From Gemmatimonadales bacterium (GTDB lineage: Bacteria > Gemmatimonadota > Gemmatimonadetes > Gemmatimonadales > GWC2-71-9), in assembly GCA_041615815.1 (NCBI GenBank), contig JBFJCP010000006.1, positions 76,131-140,130 on the forward strand: a DNA stretch of 64,000 nt. Reading direction: 5' to 3'. The translations under genes and the position numbers were made by a program. The notes below the pieces were generated by a model. The model had not been told where the DNA came from, did no database searches, and saw only the letters and a list, made by a program, of their open reading frames with translations. Positions 39,333 to 49,400 of the stretch are shown in pieces; position 1 is the stretch's first letter, and each line of letters starts with the position of its first letter.

Positions 39333-40118
39333 TCATACGAAGGTGCTCCCCACCGCGGCTCCGACCGCGAAGAGCGCTCCGGTCCCGGACCCGAGGAGAT
39401 TTACCACGTCGTTGTCGATCCAAGCCACCCCTTTGGCCGCGGAGGTCCTCCGGCCACAGCGATGCACGCGGGCCTCCGTTTGCTTGTTGCAGGTTTCACA
39501 GACATAGCTTGCCTGCAGCGTTGCCCCGAGCACGGAATCGACCAACATGCCAGCGATCCCGCCGATCGTTGCCGAGACCGCGACGAAAGTGGGTACCCCC
39601 AAGACCAGGGCCAGGAGCCCCATCGCGACCGCGCCGCCGATACCGGCGAGCGTGCCCCGCGGGGAGACGCCGCCGGAGGTGCCAGGGGCAACCGGCAAAC
39701 CGGATGTTATGAGGCGTGGCCACCTCGGCGCGTGATATCCGATCTCGGTGGCCCACGTGTCTGCCTGGGCGGCGGTCAAGGAGCCGACGAGAATGGACCA
39801 ACCGAGCAGGGGCTCGAAGGCGATGCCCACCGCCCCCACCGCCGGCCACAAACCGTTGGCAACCACCTGTCGCGCCGTGCGACTGGTGTGCCCTCCGGCC
39901 ACATGCCGAGGGCCGGTGGCTCGCTCGGTGAGTACTGTCAGCGCGCTGCCCGACACGAAGAATAGCGCGAGAAGTGCAGCCCCGGTGAGATCGCCTCCAG
40001 CGAAGACTAGCGTACCGACGAGCCACGCGGCCACCGTGCCACCGTTCGTTAGCCAGCGGAGTGCGCGGCTCACCAATGCCAACACGCCCGCCCAGATCGC
40101 AGCGGCCGCGATGCTCAA
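39333..40118 (-). CDS. DUF92 (TMEM19-like) membrane protein
   Basis: RTARQVVANG, ADTWATEIG, GTSGGVS, DSVLGATLQ, C-x2-C..HRC, DNDVVN. Confidence 0.9.
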   Translation of the reverse strand: MSIAAAAIWAGVLALVSRALRWLTNGGTVAAWLVGTLVFAGGDLTGAALLALFFVSGSALTVLTERATGPRHVAGGHTSRTARQVVANGLWPAVGAVGIAFEPLLGWSILVGSLTAAQADTWATEIGYHAPRWPRLITSGLPVAPGTSGGVSPRGTLAGIGGAVAMGLLALVLGVPTFVAVSATIGGIAGMLVDSVLGATLQASYVCETCNKQTEARVHRCGRRTSAAKGVAWIDNDVVNLLGSGTGALFAVGAAVGSTFV

Positions 40119-40385
40119 CTACGGCTCCGGTCGCCGCTCGCCGAAGAGGAGCGAACGCAGGATGCGTTTCCGCAGATGTTCCGGCGCGCGGCCGGACGGG
40201 GTACGGGCCTCAACGAACCGTAAGTAGGCAGACTCGAACTCGGCCACTGCAAAACAGTCACGACAAGCGGCAAGATGCCGGCGGACAGCCTCGTGCTGGT
40301 CTTCCGTGAGCTCACCGTCCAGGTATGCATACAGCCGATCGAATGCCTCGCGGCACCCGTGGTCGGTTCTGCGCTCGATCGTCAT
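40119..40385 (-). CDS. Soluble zf-HC2 anti-sigma factor (RsrA/RshA-like)
   Basis: CREAFDRLYAYLDGEL...HLAACRDC...APEHLRKRI; no TM. Confidence 0.88.
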   Translation of the reverse strand: MTIERRTDHGCREAFDRLYAYLDGELTEDQHEAVRRHLAACRDCFAVAEFESAYLRFVEARTPSGRAPEHLRKRILRSLLFGERRPEP

Positions 40386-40945
40386 TTGCGCGGCTTGATG
40401 TATCCCATCTCCACGGCGTAGTCGTAGAGTACTCGCTGCAGTGCTTGTCGGGCCCGATAGATCCGCGACTTCACCGTACCGACGGGGACCTCCGTGATTT
40501 CCGCGATCTCTTGATAGGAGAGCCCTTCGACGTCACTCAGCACCAGCGATTCTCGAAACTCGTCGGGTAGGGCGTCGATGGCTTTGAGGACGTCCTCATC
40601 GACGATCTGCTCGAAGAACCTGCCTTCCGGGTCGGTTTCCTGCACTTCGGGAAAGACGGTGAACGACTCAATATCACTGACGTTGACTTCGGCCGTGGCG
40701 CGGCGCCGCTTCCGATACTCGTTGATGAACGTATTGCGCAGGATGGTGAGGAGCCAGGCCCGAACGTTGGTGCCCGGCCGGTATTGGTGCCACGCCCGAA
40801 ACGCTTTGAGCATCGTTTCCTGCGCGAGGTCTTCGGCCAGTGCCTGGTTTCCCGAGAGACGAAGAGCGACGCGAAAAACGGCATCGAGGTGCGGAAGCGC
40901 CTCCCGTTCGAATGCGTGACGTTGAGCGTCTGAGCTGTGTGCCAC
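40382..40945 (-). CDS. ECF sigma factor (SigR/SigH-like)
   Basis: FEREALPHLD, AEDLAQET, GTNVRAWLLTILRNTFINEYRK, GTVKSRIYRAR. Alternative ATG at 41041. Confidence 0.93.
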   Translation of the reverse strand: MAHSSDAQRHAFEREALPHLDAVFRVALRLSGNQALAEDLAQETMLKAFRAWHQYRPGTNVRAWLLTILRNTFINEYRKRRRATAEVNVSDIESFTVFPEVQETDPEGRFFEQIVDEDVLKAIDALPDEFRESLVLSDVEGLSYQEIAEITEVPVGTVKSRIYRARQALQRVLYDYAVEMGYIKPRK

Positions 40946-41057
40946 GATACCCGTTTCTCCTCTTCGCCCCGCCGACCCGGCGTACGATGGCTCGACTTCG
41001 GGGCTCTCGCAATGGTCCGAGCGACGGTTTGCCGGGTCCATTCGTTTGCTACCTTCC

Positions 41058-41086
41058 GTACAACGGGTTGGGGGTGTAGGGTTCCC
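41058..41086 (-). promoter_or_regulatory. Candidate ECF-type autoregulatory promoter
   Basis: Minus strand GGGAAC-N15-CGTTGTA; spacing is slightly short for this class. Confidence 0.35.
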
Positions 41087-41105
41087 TGTCGATGCGAGGG
41101 GGATG

Positions 41106-41759
41106 ATGCGCAGCATGTCACGCCGGTTGGTGCATCCGATCGTTCCGCTGTCTCTTCTGGAGGCGATTCGCTCTGTAGACCTGCCCACGGACGACGGTCT
41201 TGGGGAGCTCGATCCGGATCTGGCAGCCAAGCGGCTCGGGCTCAGCCGCACCGTGGCGCGCCAGATCATCCGCTACACGAACCTCGCTCGCAAGCGGACA
41301 CCCGTTGCCCCTGACGAAGTGGTGGGGTTGCTGCGGCTCGTAGGCCGGCGGACCGATGCCGAACGGGTGTTTGCCGACGCCGGCCGGCGGGCTGCCAAGT
41401 ACGCCAGCAGCGGTCTTTCGCTGACGGCCCGCCTCACGCACCGGGCCCTCCCCGCATTCGTCCGATCCAGGTTCGGTCTGGTCCTCGCCAGACGAGCCCT
41501 GGCGCGCTCATTCGGTGCTGCGTTTGATCGAGATGGCACCACGATGATCGTCAAACTCGACGATCCACCCTCCGCGCATGCAACCCCCGAGGGATCCGCC
41601 TGCGCGCTTTACGGATCGGCGGTGGTTGCCGTGCTGCAGACGTTCACCGAGACCGCCTGGGTCGTGTCACACCCCGCGTGCCGGGCCCGCGGCGCGTCGT
41701 CCTGCCACTGGCACACACAGCCGGAAAACGGACGCAGTTCCGATGACCGCCACCCTTGA
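41106..41759 (+). CDS. Hypothetical protein with a V4R-like C-terminal domain
   Basis: VFADAGRRAA; C-terminal ACALYG...HPACRARGASSCHW. Confidence 0.65.
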   Translation: MRSMSRRLVHPIVPLSLLEAIRSVDLPTDDGLGELDPDLAAKRLGLSRTVARQIIRYTNLARKRTPVAPDEVVGLLRLVGRRTDAERVFADAGRRAAKYASSGLSLTARLTHRALPAFVRSRFGLVLARRALARSFGAAFDRDGTTMIVKLDDPPSAHATPEGSACALYGSAVVAVLQTFTETAWVVSHPACRARGASSCHWHTQPENGRSSDDRHP

Positions 41760-42912
41760 TCGCGAGGCGCTGCACCAGGCGCTTCGAGAACGGGGTCTCG
41801 ACGCCTGGCTCTGCTTCGACTTCCATCACGTCAATCCGGTTGCCCGGCGCGTGATCACCTTCCACGGCATGGTGACACGTCGGGTCTTTGTATGGCTCCC
41901 AGCCGAGGGGGCACCGCAAGCCATCGTGCATCGGATCGATTCGCCAGGCTTGAGGGAGTTCGACGGGGAAGTCGTCGAGTATACGACGTGGCAAGAGCTG
42001 CACGGGATTCTAGAGCCGCTGGTGCGCGGCCGGCGTATCGCCATGGAGATCTCTCCCGAGGATGCCGTCCCGTATCTGGATCGTGTTCCCGCGGGTGTCG
42101 TGCAACTCGTCGAGCGCTTTGGCGCCACGGTGGAACCGTCAGCCCCGCTGGTATCGCTCTTTGCGTCCCGTTGGACAGCGGCGGAGCTCGCCGAGCATCG
42201 TCGGACCGCTGAAATGCTGTGTGAGATCGCTCGTCGAACGCTCGCCCGGGTCGTCAGCCAGGTGGGGACCGCGCGGGAATACGACGTGCAACAGGAGGTG
42301 CTCGCAGAGTTCGCGGCGGCCGGACTCGCCACCGATGATCCCCCAATCGTCGCGTTTGGCCCCAACTCGGCCAACCCGCATTACGACCCTCCCGAGACAG
42401 GGAGCGCGACGCTGGGTGCGGACCAAGTCGTCCTCCTGGACTTGTGGGCCCGGCCCTCGCCGAGCGCGGTCTGGGCGGACCAGACGTGGATGGCGTTTGC
42501 GGGCGAGCGCCCGCCGGAAGAGGTGCAACGAGTATGGACCGCCACCCGAGATGCGCGGGATGCGGTGGTCCAAAGGCTCCGGCAAGCCCACGAGCGTCGA
42601 GAAATCGTAACCGGGGCGTCGCTCGACGATGCTGCTCGCAGCGTCTTGACCGAGCGAGGCTATGGCGACGCGTTCGGCCACCGCACGGGGCACAGCATCG
42701 ACAATGACCTCCACGGTTCCGGACCGCACCTGGACAACTTCGAGACTCAGGATGTGCGTGAAATCATTCCGGGTGTCGGGTTCTCGGTGGAACCCGGCGT
42801 GTACCTTGTCGGTCGGTTCGGCGTTCGGAGCGAAATCAATGTGATGCTGTCCGAACAGGGACCGCTCGTCACCCCGTCCTCACCCCAGCGCGAACTCCTT
42901 CTCCCGGCCTGA
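41743..42912 (+). CDS. M24 family (Xaa-Pro) metallopeptidase
   Basis: NPHY, LLDLW, WADQTW, FGHRTGHS, FSVEPGVY, GVRSE. Confidence 0.92.
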   Translation: MTATLDREALHQALRERGLDAWLCFDFHHVNPVARRVITFHGMVTRRVFVWLPAEGAPQAIVHRIDSPGLREFDGEVVEYTTWQELHGILEPLVRGRRIAMEISPEDAVPYLDRVPAGVVQLVERFGATVEPSAPLVSLFASRWTAAELAEHRRTAEMLCEIARRTLARVVSQVGTAREYDVQQEVLAEFAAAGLATDDPPIVAFGPNSANPHYDPPETGSATLGADQVVLLDLWARPSPSAVWADQTWMAFAGERPPEEVQRVWTATRDARDAVVQRLRQAHERREIVTGASLDDAARSVLTERGYGDAFGHRTGHSIDNDLHGSGPHLDNFETQDVREIIPGVGFSVEPGVYLVGRFGVRSEINVMLSEQGPLVTPSSPQRELLLPA

Positions 42913-42934
42913 CGGCCTCACAGACCCGTGTGCC

Positions 42935-43900
42935 TCAGGCCCCGGGGCCGGCCGACGCAAGCGCGGCTCCGCTTGGAGCCGCCCGTGGCTCACCGACTGA
43001 ACGTCGGCTGCTGAGCCAGACGAGATAGACGAGACCCACCCAGAGGGCCGTTCCCACCGCGGCGTGCAGACCTCTCCACACCGGTGGAAGCAACGCGAGC
43101 ACCATGACGGCGGCGACCGCGATTTGGAGCGCGGCGATGCCCAGCATCACCCAGCAGGCCGCTCGCAATCGGACGGGCGCGCGGCGCGCGCTCAGCTGGA
43201 GCGCGAGTGCGGCAAGGTGCGCGACGAGCGCGTAGGCGAGCAAGCGGTGTGTCCAGTGCACATGACCGAGCCCGCTCTCCGAGGCGGCGGGCCAGAACTG
43301 CCCGCTGCACAGTGGAAACCCGAGACACGCTGGCCCGGCCCCGAGATTCGCGGTGAGCCCGCCCAGCAGGATCACGGCCGCTGCGAGGGCGGCCGCACCG
43401 AAGATCGGCCACCGACCCCGGCCGGGTCCAGGCGCCGGCGAAATCCCCACTGTACCCGCGCGTAGGCCGGTAATCACCAGCGCGGCGAGCAGGGCGAGCG
43501 CAACGCTCAGATGCAGCACGACGACTCCAGGAGGCAGCTCCAGCCACACCGTGATTGCTCCGAGGAGCACCTGAACGATGAGCAACACCAGGCTCAGGGC
43601 CGCGGGTCGCACGGTGCCGCCGCGGCCCGACCCGCCGGTCTCTCGTCTTCGAAGCCACGCCCCCGCTGCCACGATAAGGACGAGTACGCTCACCGCGGCG
43701 GCGACCAGACGATGACTCCACTCGATGAGTGTGGCGGGGTCGTTGAGCGGGGGGATCAACCGCCCGTTACAGAGGGGCCAATCGTCGCCGCACCCCATCC
43801 CGGATCCTGTGATTCGGACAAAGGCGCCAAGGACGATGAGGGCGTACGCCAAGCCGGCGGTGACAAAGGCCCATGCCCGGAGCGAGCGCGGCGTGATCAT
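42935..43900 (-). CDS. ctaA: Haem A synthase (COX15/CtaA)
   Basis: GAFVRITGSGMGCGDDWPLCNG, EWSHR, HWTHR; eight TM. Confidence 0.88.
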   Translation of the reverse strand: MITPRSLRAWAFVTAGLAYALIVLGAFVRITGSGMGCGDDWPLCNGRLIPPLNDPATLIEWSHRLVAAAVSVLVLIVAAGAWLRRRETGGSGRGGTVRPAALSLVLLIVQVLLGAITVWLELPPGVVVLHLSVALALLAALVITGLRAGTVGISPAPGPGRGRWPIFGAAALAAAVILLGGLTANLGAGPACLGFPLCSGQFWPAASESGLGHVHWTHRLLAYALVAHLAALALQLSARRAPVRLRAACWVMLGIAALQIAVAAVMVLALLPPVWRGLHAAVGTALWVGLVYLVWLSSRRSVGEPRAAPSGAALASAGPGA

Positions 43901-45315
43901 GAGAGTGCGTATCCGAAGACGACGAAGAGGATCGTGGCCCCGCCCGCCGCAATCAGCGCGTACGGGAGCTGCGTCCGCACATGATCGATGTGATCGGTGG
44001 CGGACGCCATGGATGCCACGATGGTGCTGTCGGAGATCGGTGAACAATGGTCGCCGAAGATCCCGCCGCCCAGCGCAGCCGCAACCGTGAGCGCGGGATG
44101 GAGGCCCAGAAGCTCCACCATGGGAATGACGATGGGGATCATGATCGCGAACGTTCCCCACGAAGTTCCGGTGGCGAACGCGATGAAGCACGCCAAGAGG
44201 AATACCACCGCGGGAATGACTCCGATGGGCAGCGCGGCCTGTGCCGCTTGCGCGACGAACACGCCCGTGCCGAGCTGCCGAGTGGTGATGCCGATCGCGA
44301 ACGCCAGCGAAAGCACGATCACCAACGGTACGAGACCCTGGATTCCTTTGATGACGTTTTGGCTCATTTCCTCGAGGGTCATGATCCGTTGTACGGCGTA
44401 GGCAATGGCGCCGACCAGGAGGCCGACGATCACACCCCACAGGACGGCCTGGGAGCCGCTTCCGGCCTTGAAGTTTCCATCACCGGTGATCCAGAGGACC
44501 ACCGGAACCATGAGGACCATGGTGGCAATGGGGAGCACCATATTGATAGCTCGACGCGGCGCTCCGCTCAGCGCCTCGGCCATGGCGACCTCACTCGACA
44601 TCATGGGTTTGGCGCCGTCCCGCAGCAGCTTCCCCTCCTCGCGAACGCGGCGTTCGGCCTCGCGCATGGGCCCGAGGTTCCAGCCGGTCATCACCACCAC
44701 AAGCGCCAAGAGGATAGCCATGATCGCGTAGAAGTTGAGGGGAATCGTCGCGAAGAAGAGAAGCTCCGGACTCTGGACTCCTTGGGCAGCGAGCAATCCG
44801 ATGACGTAGGCAAACCACGCATTCAGCGGGATGAGGATGCACTTGGGTGAACAGGTGGCGTCGATCAAGTAGCTGAGCTTCTCCCTCGAGATCTTGACCC
44901 TGTCAAAGAGTGGCCGTGCCACCGAGCCGGAAACGAGGAGACCGAAATTGGACTCGAGAAAGACGGCCATGCTCACGGCCACCGTCACGAGCCCCACCGA
45001 TCGTTCCGATCGAGTGAGGCCACGATCCTCGACCCAGCGAACGAACCCCTCCATGCCGCCCGAGGCTTGCGCAAACGTGATCATGGCACCGATTAGTGCG
45101 CTGAACAGGAGGACCCGAGCGTTGTCACCGTCGGTGACGGCCTGGACGTACACGTCCACCGAGCCTATGAGTCCCTCGACGGGATTCCAAGCGTTCATGA
45201 TGGTCCAGCCGAGGACCACGTAGAGGGCCAACGATACATAGACCTGCTTGGTCTTGATCGCCATGGCGATGGCGATGATCGGCGGGAGGATCGACAGCCA
45301 CCCGTAACTTTGCAT
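43897..45315 (-). CDS. NhaC-family Na+/H+ antiporter-like transporter
   Basis: SREKLSYLIDAT, FATGTSWGTF, GDHCSPISD, HVRTQLPYA. Confidence 0.9.
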   Translation of the reverse strand: MQSYGWLSILPPIIAIAMAIKTKQVYVSLALYVVLGWTIMNAWNPVEGLIGSVDVYVQAVTDGDNARVLLFSALIGAMITFAQASGGMEGFVRWVEDRGLTRSERSVGLVTVAVSMAVFLESNFGLLVSGSVARPLFDRVKISREKLSYLIDATCSPKCILIPLNAWFAYVIGLLAAQGVQSPELLFFATIPLNFYAIMAILLALVVVMTGWNLGPMREAERRVREEGKLLRDGAKPMMSSEVAMAEALSGAPRRAINMVLPIATMVLMVPVVLWITGDGNFKAGSGSQAVLWGVIVGLLVGAIAYAVQRIMTLEEMSQNVIKGIQGLVPLVIVLSLAFAIGITTRQLGTGVFVAQAAQAALPIGVIPAVVFLLACFIAFATGTSWGTFAIMIPIVIPMVELLGLHPALTVAAALGGGIFGDHCSPISDSTIVASMASATDHIDHVRTQLPYALIAAGGATILFVVFGYALS

Positions 45316-45433
45316 GGTCGAGGTAACTGGTTTCCGGTGTCAGGGTATCGAAAAGTGGCTCCAAAGATACCCTCGGGACCGCTTCGGCGCGTTTCCGGTG
45401 CATTGACCATAGCGGGATCATGACGGACATCCG

Positions 45434-46297
45434 ATGAGCTCAAGACAAACGGATCGTGTTTCGGAGCAGCTGGTGCGAGCGGCGGTGGATCGTGCGCTGG
45501 AGGAAGATGCGGCACGCCACGACGTGACCACCGGGCTTCTGCCGGAGCAGGCCGCCCGCGGCGCCGAAGGTCGCGTGCGCGCCGCCGCGCCCATGGTTGC
45601 CGCCGGTTTGCAGGTGGCGGCGATGGTGTTCCGTCGTCTCGATGCCGGCTGCAGCACCTCGCTTCGGGTGGCCGACGGCGACACCATCGCCGCCGCTACG
45701 GTGCTCGCCGTCGTGCACGGTCCCGCACGCGCGCTCCTCGCCGGTGAACGCGTGGCCCTCAACTTTCTGCAACGGCTCTCCGGGATCGCGACGGCCACGC
45801 GAGCCCTGGTGGAGATCGTCGCAGGCACCCGGGCGTTCATCACCGATACGCGGAAGACCACGCCCGGCCTCCGCGCGTTGGAGAAATACGCCGTTCGGGT
45901 GGGTGGCGGGACGAGCCATCGCGAATCACTGGCGGATGCCATCCTCTGGAAAGACAACCACTGGGCGTTGTTGGCGGAATCCGGCGAGACGCTCGATGCG
46001 GTGTTACGCCGCGCGCCATCCGGCATGCCGGTGATCGTCGAGGTGGAATCCGAAACGCAGCTGGAGGAAGCGCTGGCGGCGGGGGTCAAGCGCATTCTCG
46101 TGGACAATCAGCCGCCCGAACGGCTTGCAAGGTGGGTGCGCAGGGCGGGGACCAGTGTCGAGATCGAAGCCTCCGGGGGCATCACGGCGGCGACCGTTCG
46201 AGCGTACGCGGAAGCCGGGGCCCGCTACATCTCCATCGGCGCACTCACCCATTCCGCCCCCGCAGCGGATATTTCCTTCGAGATCCGACTGCGCTGA
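45434..46297 (+). CDS. nadC: Quinolinate phosphoribosyltransferase
   Basis: ERVALNFLQRLSGIAT, DTRKTTPGLR, KDNH, EASGGI, SIGALTHS. Confidence 0.96.
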   Translation: MSSRQTDRVSEQLVRAAVDRALEEDAARHDVTTGLLPEQAARGAEGRVRAAAPMVAAGLQVAAMVFRRLDAGCSTSLRVADGDTIAAATVLAVVHGPARALLAGERVALNFLQRLSGIATATRALVEIVAGTRAFITDTRKTTPGLRALEKYAVRVGGGTSHRESLADAILWKDNHWALLAESGETLDAVLRRAPSGMPVIVEVESETQLEEALAAGVKRILVDNQPPERLARWVRRAGTSVEIEASGGITAATVRAYAEAGARYISIGALTHSAPAADISFEIRLR

Positions 46298-46495
46298 CGC
46301 CGCGTGGATGTGGGGCGGAAACTGCGCTGAAACGGTGCAGTTTCAAGTGGTGACACGCCGTGTTCAATTGGGTTGACCTGCCCTGTCCCCAGGGGCAATT
46401 TCCCCGAACCCTCGTGTCACAGTGTTGCCTGAGTGAAGCCGATTGCTGGTCTGAGTGGAATCATCCAGTATCAACCTTTACCAGGAGCAAGAGCT

Positions 46496-49400
46496 ATGCG
46501 CTGGTTCGTTAGATCGTTCCGCGCGTTCCTTCCCGTGCTCGTCGTTGGCGTCTTTGCGGCATTGCCGCTACAAGCGCAGATCACCACCGGCGCGATCCGC
46601 GGCCGGGTGGTCTCGACATCGGGTGGTTCGGTAGACGGCGCGGAAGTCATTGCCACTAATACTGCCACGGGCGTGCGAATCGTCACCGCCGCCAACGCGG
46701 AGGGCGCGTATTTTTTCCCGGCGTTGCCTGTTGGAAGCTACCGTGTGCAAGCCCGGCGTCTGGGTTTCGCACCGGTGGAGACCCCGGTGACCGTGCGGCT
46801 GGGGGAAACCGCGCTGTTGAACTTCTCGCTCGCACCCGCCGCTGTGGAGGTCAGCGAGGTCACGGTGACGGCGGAAGCCACGCCGCTGATCGATCCGGAT
46901 CAGTCTGGGGTCGTGGACCTGGTGTCTGACGCTCAGATTAATGCGATCCCCGTCAACGGGCGGAACTTCCAGGATCTCGTGGCCTTGTCCCCCAAGGTCG
47001 GTGTCGATATCGGCGACGGCACCGGTGGGAATCTCTCGCTCGGCGGCGGTCGCCGCGGGGCCAACCTCATCCAGATCGATGGTGCTGGAACCACGGGCAC
47101 GTTTTTTGGCGGCGAGGCCCGCGGCTCGGACCGGATTCCCTTCGCATTCTCGATCGAGAGTGTGAAGGAGTTTCAGGTCGTCGTGAATGGGTTCGACGTG
47201 GAGTACGGGTTCTTCAGCGGGGGAGTGATCAACGCGGTCACCAAGACCGGGACGAACGAGTTTCACGGCTCGGTGTTCGGGTACTTCCGTGATGACGCCA
47301 TCACGCGGAGTGACTTTTTTGGACGGGAGCCCGATTTTTCCATCCGGCAACTTGGTGGAACGTTTTCGGGGCCGATCGTGCGGGACAAACTCCACTTTTT
47401 CGTGACCGTCGAGCGTCATGACAAGAACGAGCCCATCTTTGGTTTGCCCTCACCGAGCTCTGCACCCGACATCTCTACCCGTGTTCACCCCGATAGTGTT
47501 GCCCGGTTCCTCGACATCCTGAGCAGGGTGTACGGGGTGCAGGACGAGACGGGGCAATTCACGCAGACGCAGGACGAGTGGGCGGTGTTCGGGCGGCTCG
47601 ACTGGCAGGTCTCCAACGCGCATCGGTTCACGGTGCGTCACAATTTCACCGATCTCCAGCAGCTGTCCGACCGGATCAGCCCTGACGAGACCCGCCTCAA
47701 CGGTGGCGTGTTCAACAACACCGGAAACTCCACGATCGTCTCGCTGAGCTCGGTGTTTTCGCCCAACGTCTGGAACGAGGCACGCGCGCAGTTGGCCTTC
47801 GAGCCGCGTCCCCGCGAAGCGAACACCCTCCTGCCCGAGATGGAAGTCTTCGTGGACAGCGACTTCGACCCTGCGGTGGACAGTGACGGGGATGGCAACC
47901 CCGCGAACGATCGGGATGCCAGCGTGGGCCTTGAGTGTTGTAACGACCCAGTGCTGCCGAACAATCTCGAAGAGACGACCTTCGAGTTCGTGAACAACCT
48001 GCACATTCGCGCTGGGGACCACGGGTTGAAGTTCGGAATGCACTTCAATCTGTTCGACTACGAGAATTTCTTCGCTTTCGGGCAACAGGGCCAATACGAC
48101 TTTGACGGCCTGGACGATTTCGAGAATGGCATCGTGGATGACTTTCAGCGGACGGTGCCTAATCCCGGCCCGGACGGACTGTTCTTCACGGCTGACGACA
48201 TCAATCCTATAGCGATCTACAAGACCTATGAGCTGTCGTTCTTTGCCCAGGACAGCTGGCGGGTCTCCGACTTTTTGACCCTGTCCGGCGGTGTGAGAGC
48301 GGACTGGACCATCATTCCCGACGCCGCGCCGCTAAACGATGATGCGCTCGCCGACCTCGGACTCAGGACAGATGTAAAGCCCGAGGACGTCAACGTTTCC
48401 CCACGGTTCAGCTTCACATACGACCCGAGCGGGCAGGGTACCACCATCATCCGTGGAGGTGTGGGGCTATTCTTCGGTCGGTTCCCGTCCGTGCTCTACT
48501 CCAACTCTCTGCTGAACACAGGACTGAACTCGATCTTCCAGCTTTGCTTCAGCGACGGAGACGTTCCAGTCATCGACGTGTTCCGGGACTTCAACCCCGC
48601 CCAGCCGGGTGCCTCGGTGCCCACTGGTTGCGCAGGCTTCGGGTTCCCAGGGACTCCCAACGTCAACCTCTTCGCGCCCGACTTCGAGTATCCGCGCACG
48701 TGGAAGACGAGTGTGGGCTTTGCACAGGTGCTTCCAGGGAACGTCAAGGTAGAGGTCGATTTCCTTTATTCGGATACGAAGCAGAACTTCTACGTTCAGG
48801 ATCAAAATCTGTTGCCGCAGCAGTTCGTCTCCGCCGTCGAGGGTCGGCCGGTATTCGCGCCGCCCGACGAGATTAGCACGCGGAGCGGCAATCCCGGGTT
48901 TGGCGACAACCGCATCGCATCCAGTGTGAACGAGGCACTCGTCCACGTGAGCAACGCCGAAGCCCGGACGTACCAGGCGTCGATCGGTATCGAGAAGAGG
49001 GGCCGGGTGTTCAGTTGGCAGGCCGGTTACACCTACACCGACTCGAAGGACAACTCGTCCTACTCATGCTGCATTTCCGGTACGGCGCTGTTCGAAACGC
49101 CAACGGCGGGGAACCCCAACTTCATCGGCAAGCGCGGAGATGAGCTGAACGGAACCTGGGGGCCGTCCGACTTCTCACGACCCCACCGCTTCGTAGTATC
49201 CGGCATCGCCAATTTGCCGTTCGATATAATGGTCAGCGGCATCTGGCAGACCTACTCGGGTCAGCCGTGGACGCCCACCGTCGATGGGAACCCCAATGCT
49301 GACGCCGACTTCGGTAACGATAGGGCCTATGTCGGGACCAATCTGGTGTTCGACGACCCGACGGGGGACGTTGCGCTGCTCCAGAGTCTCCTCGAGCAAC

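Noticed and set aside
46298..46495. Cobalamin or TPP riboswitch ahead of the TonB receptor
   Set aside because: I could not find the conserved cores of these riboswitches by eye. An Rfam scan would be decisive.
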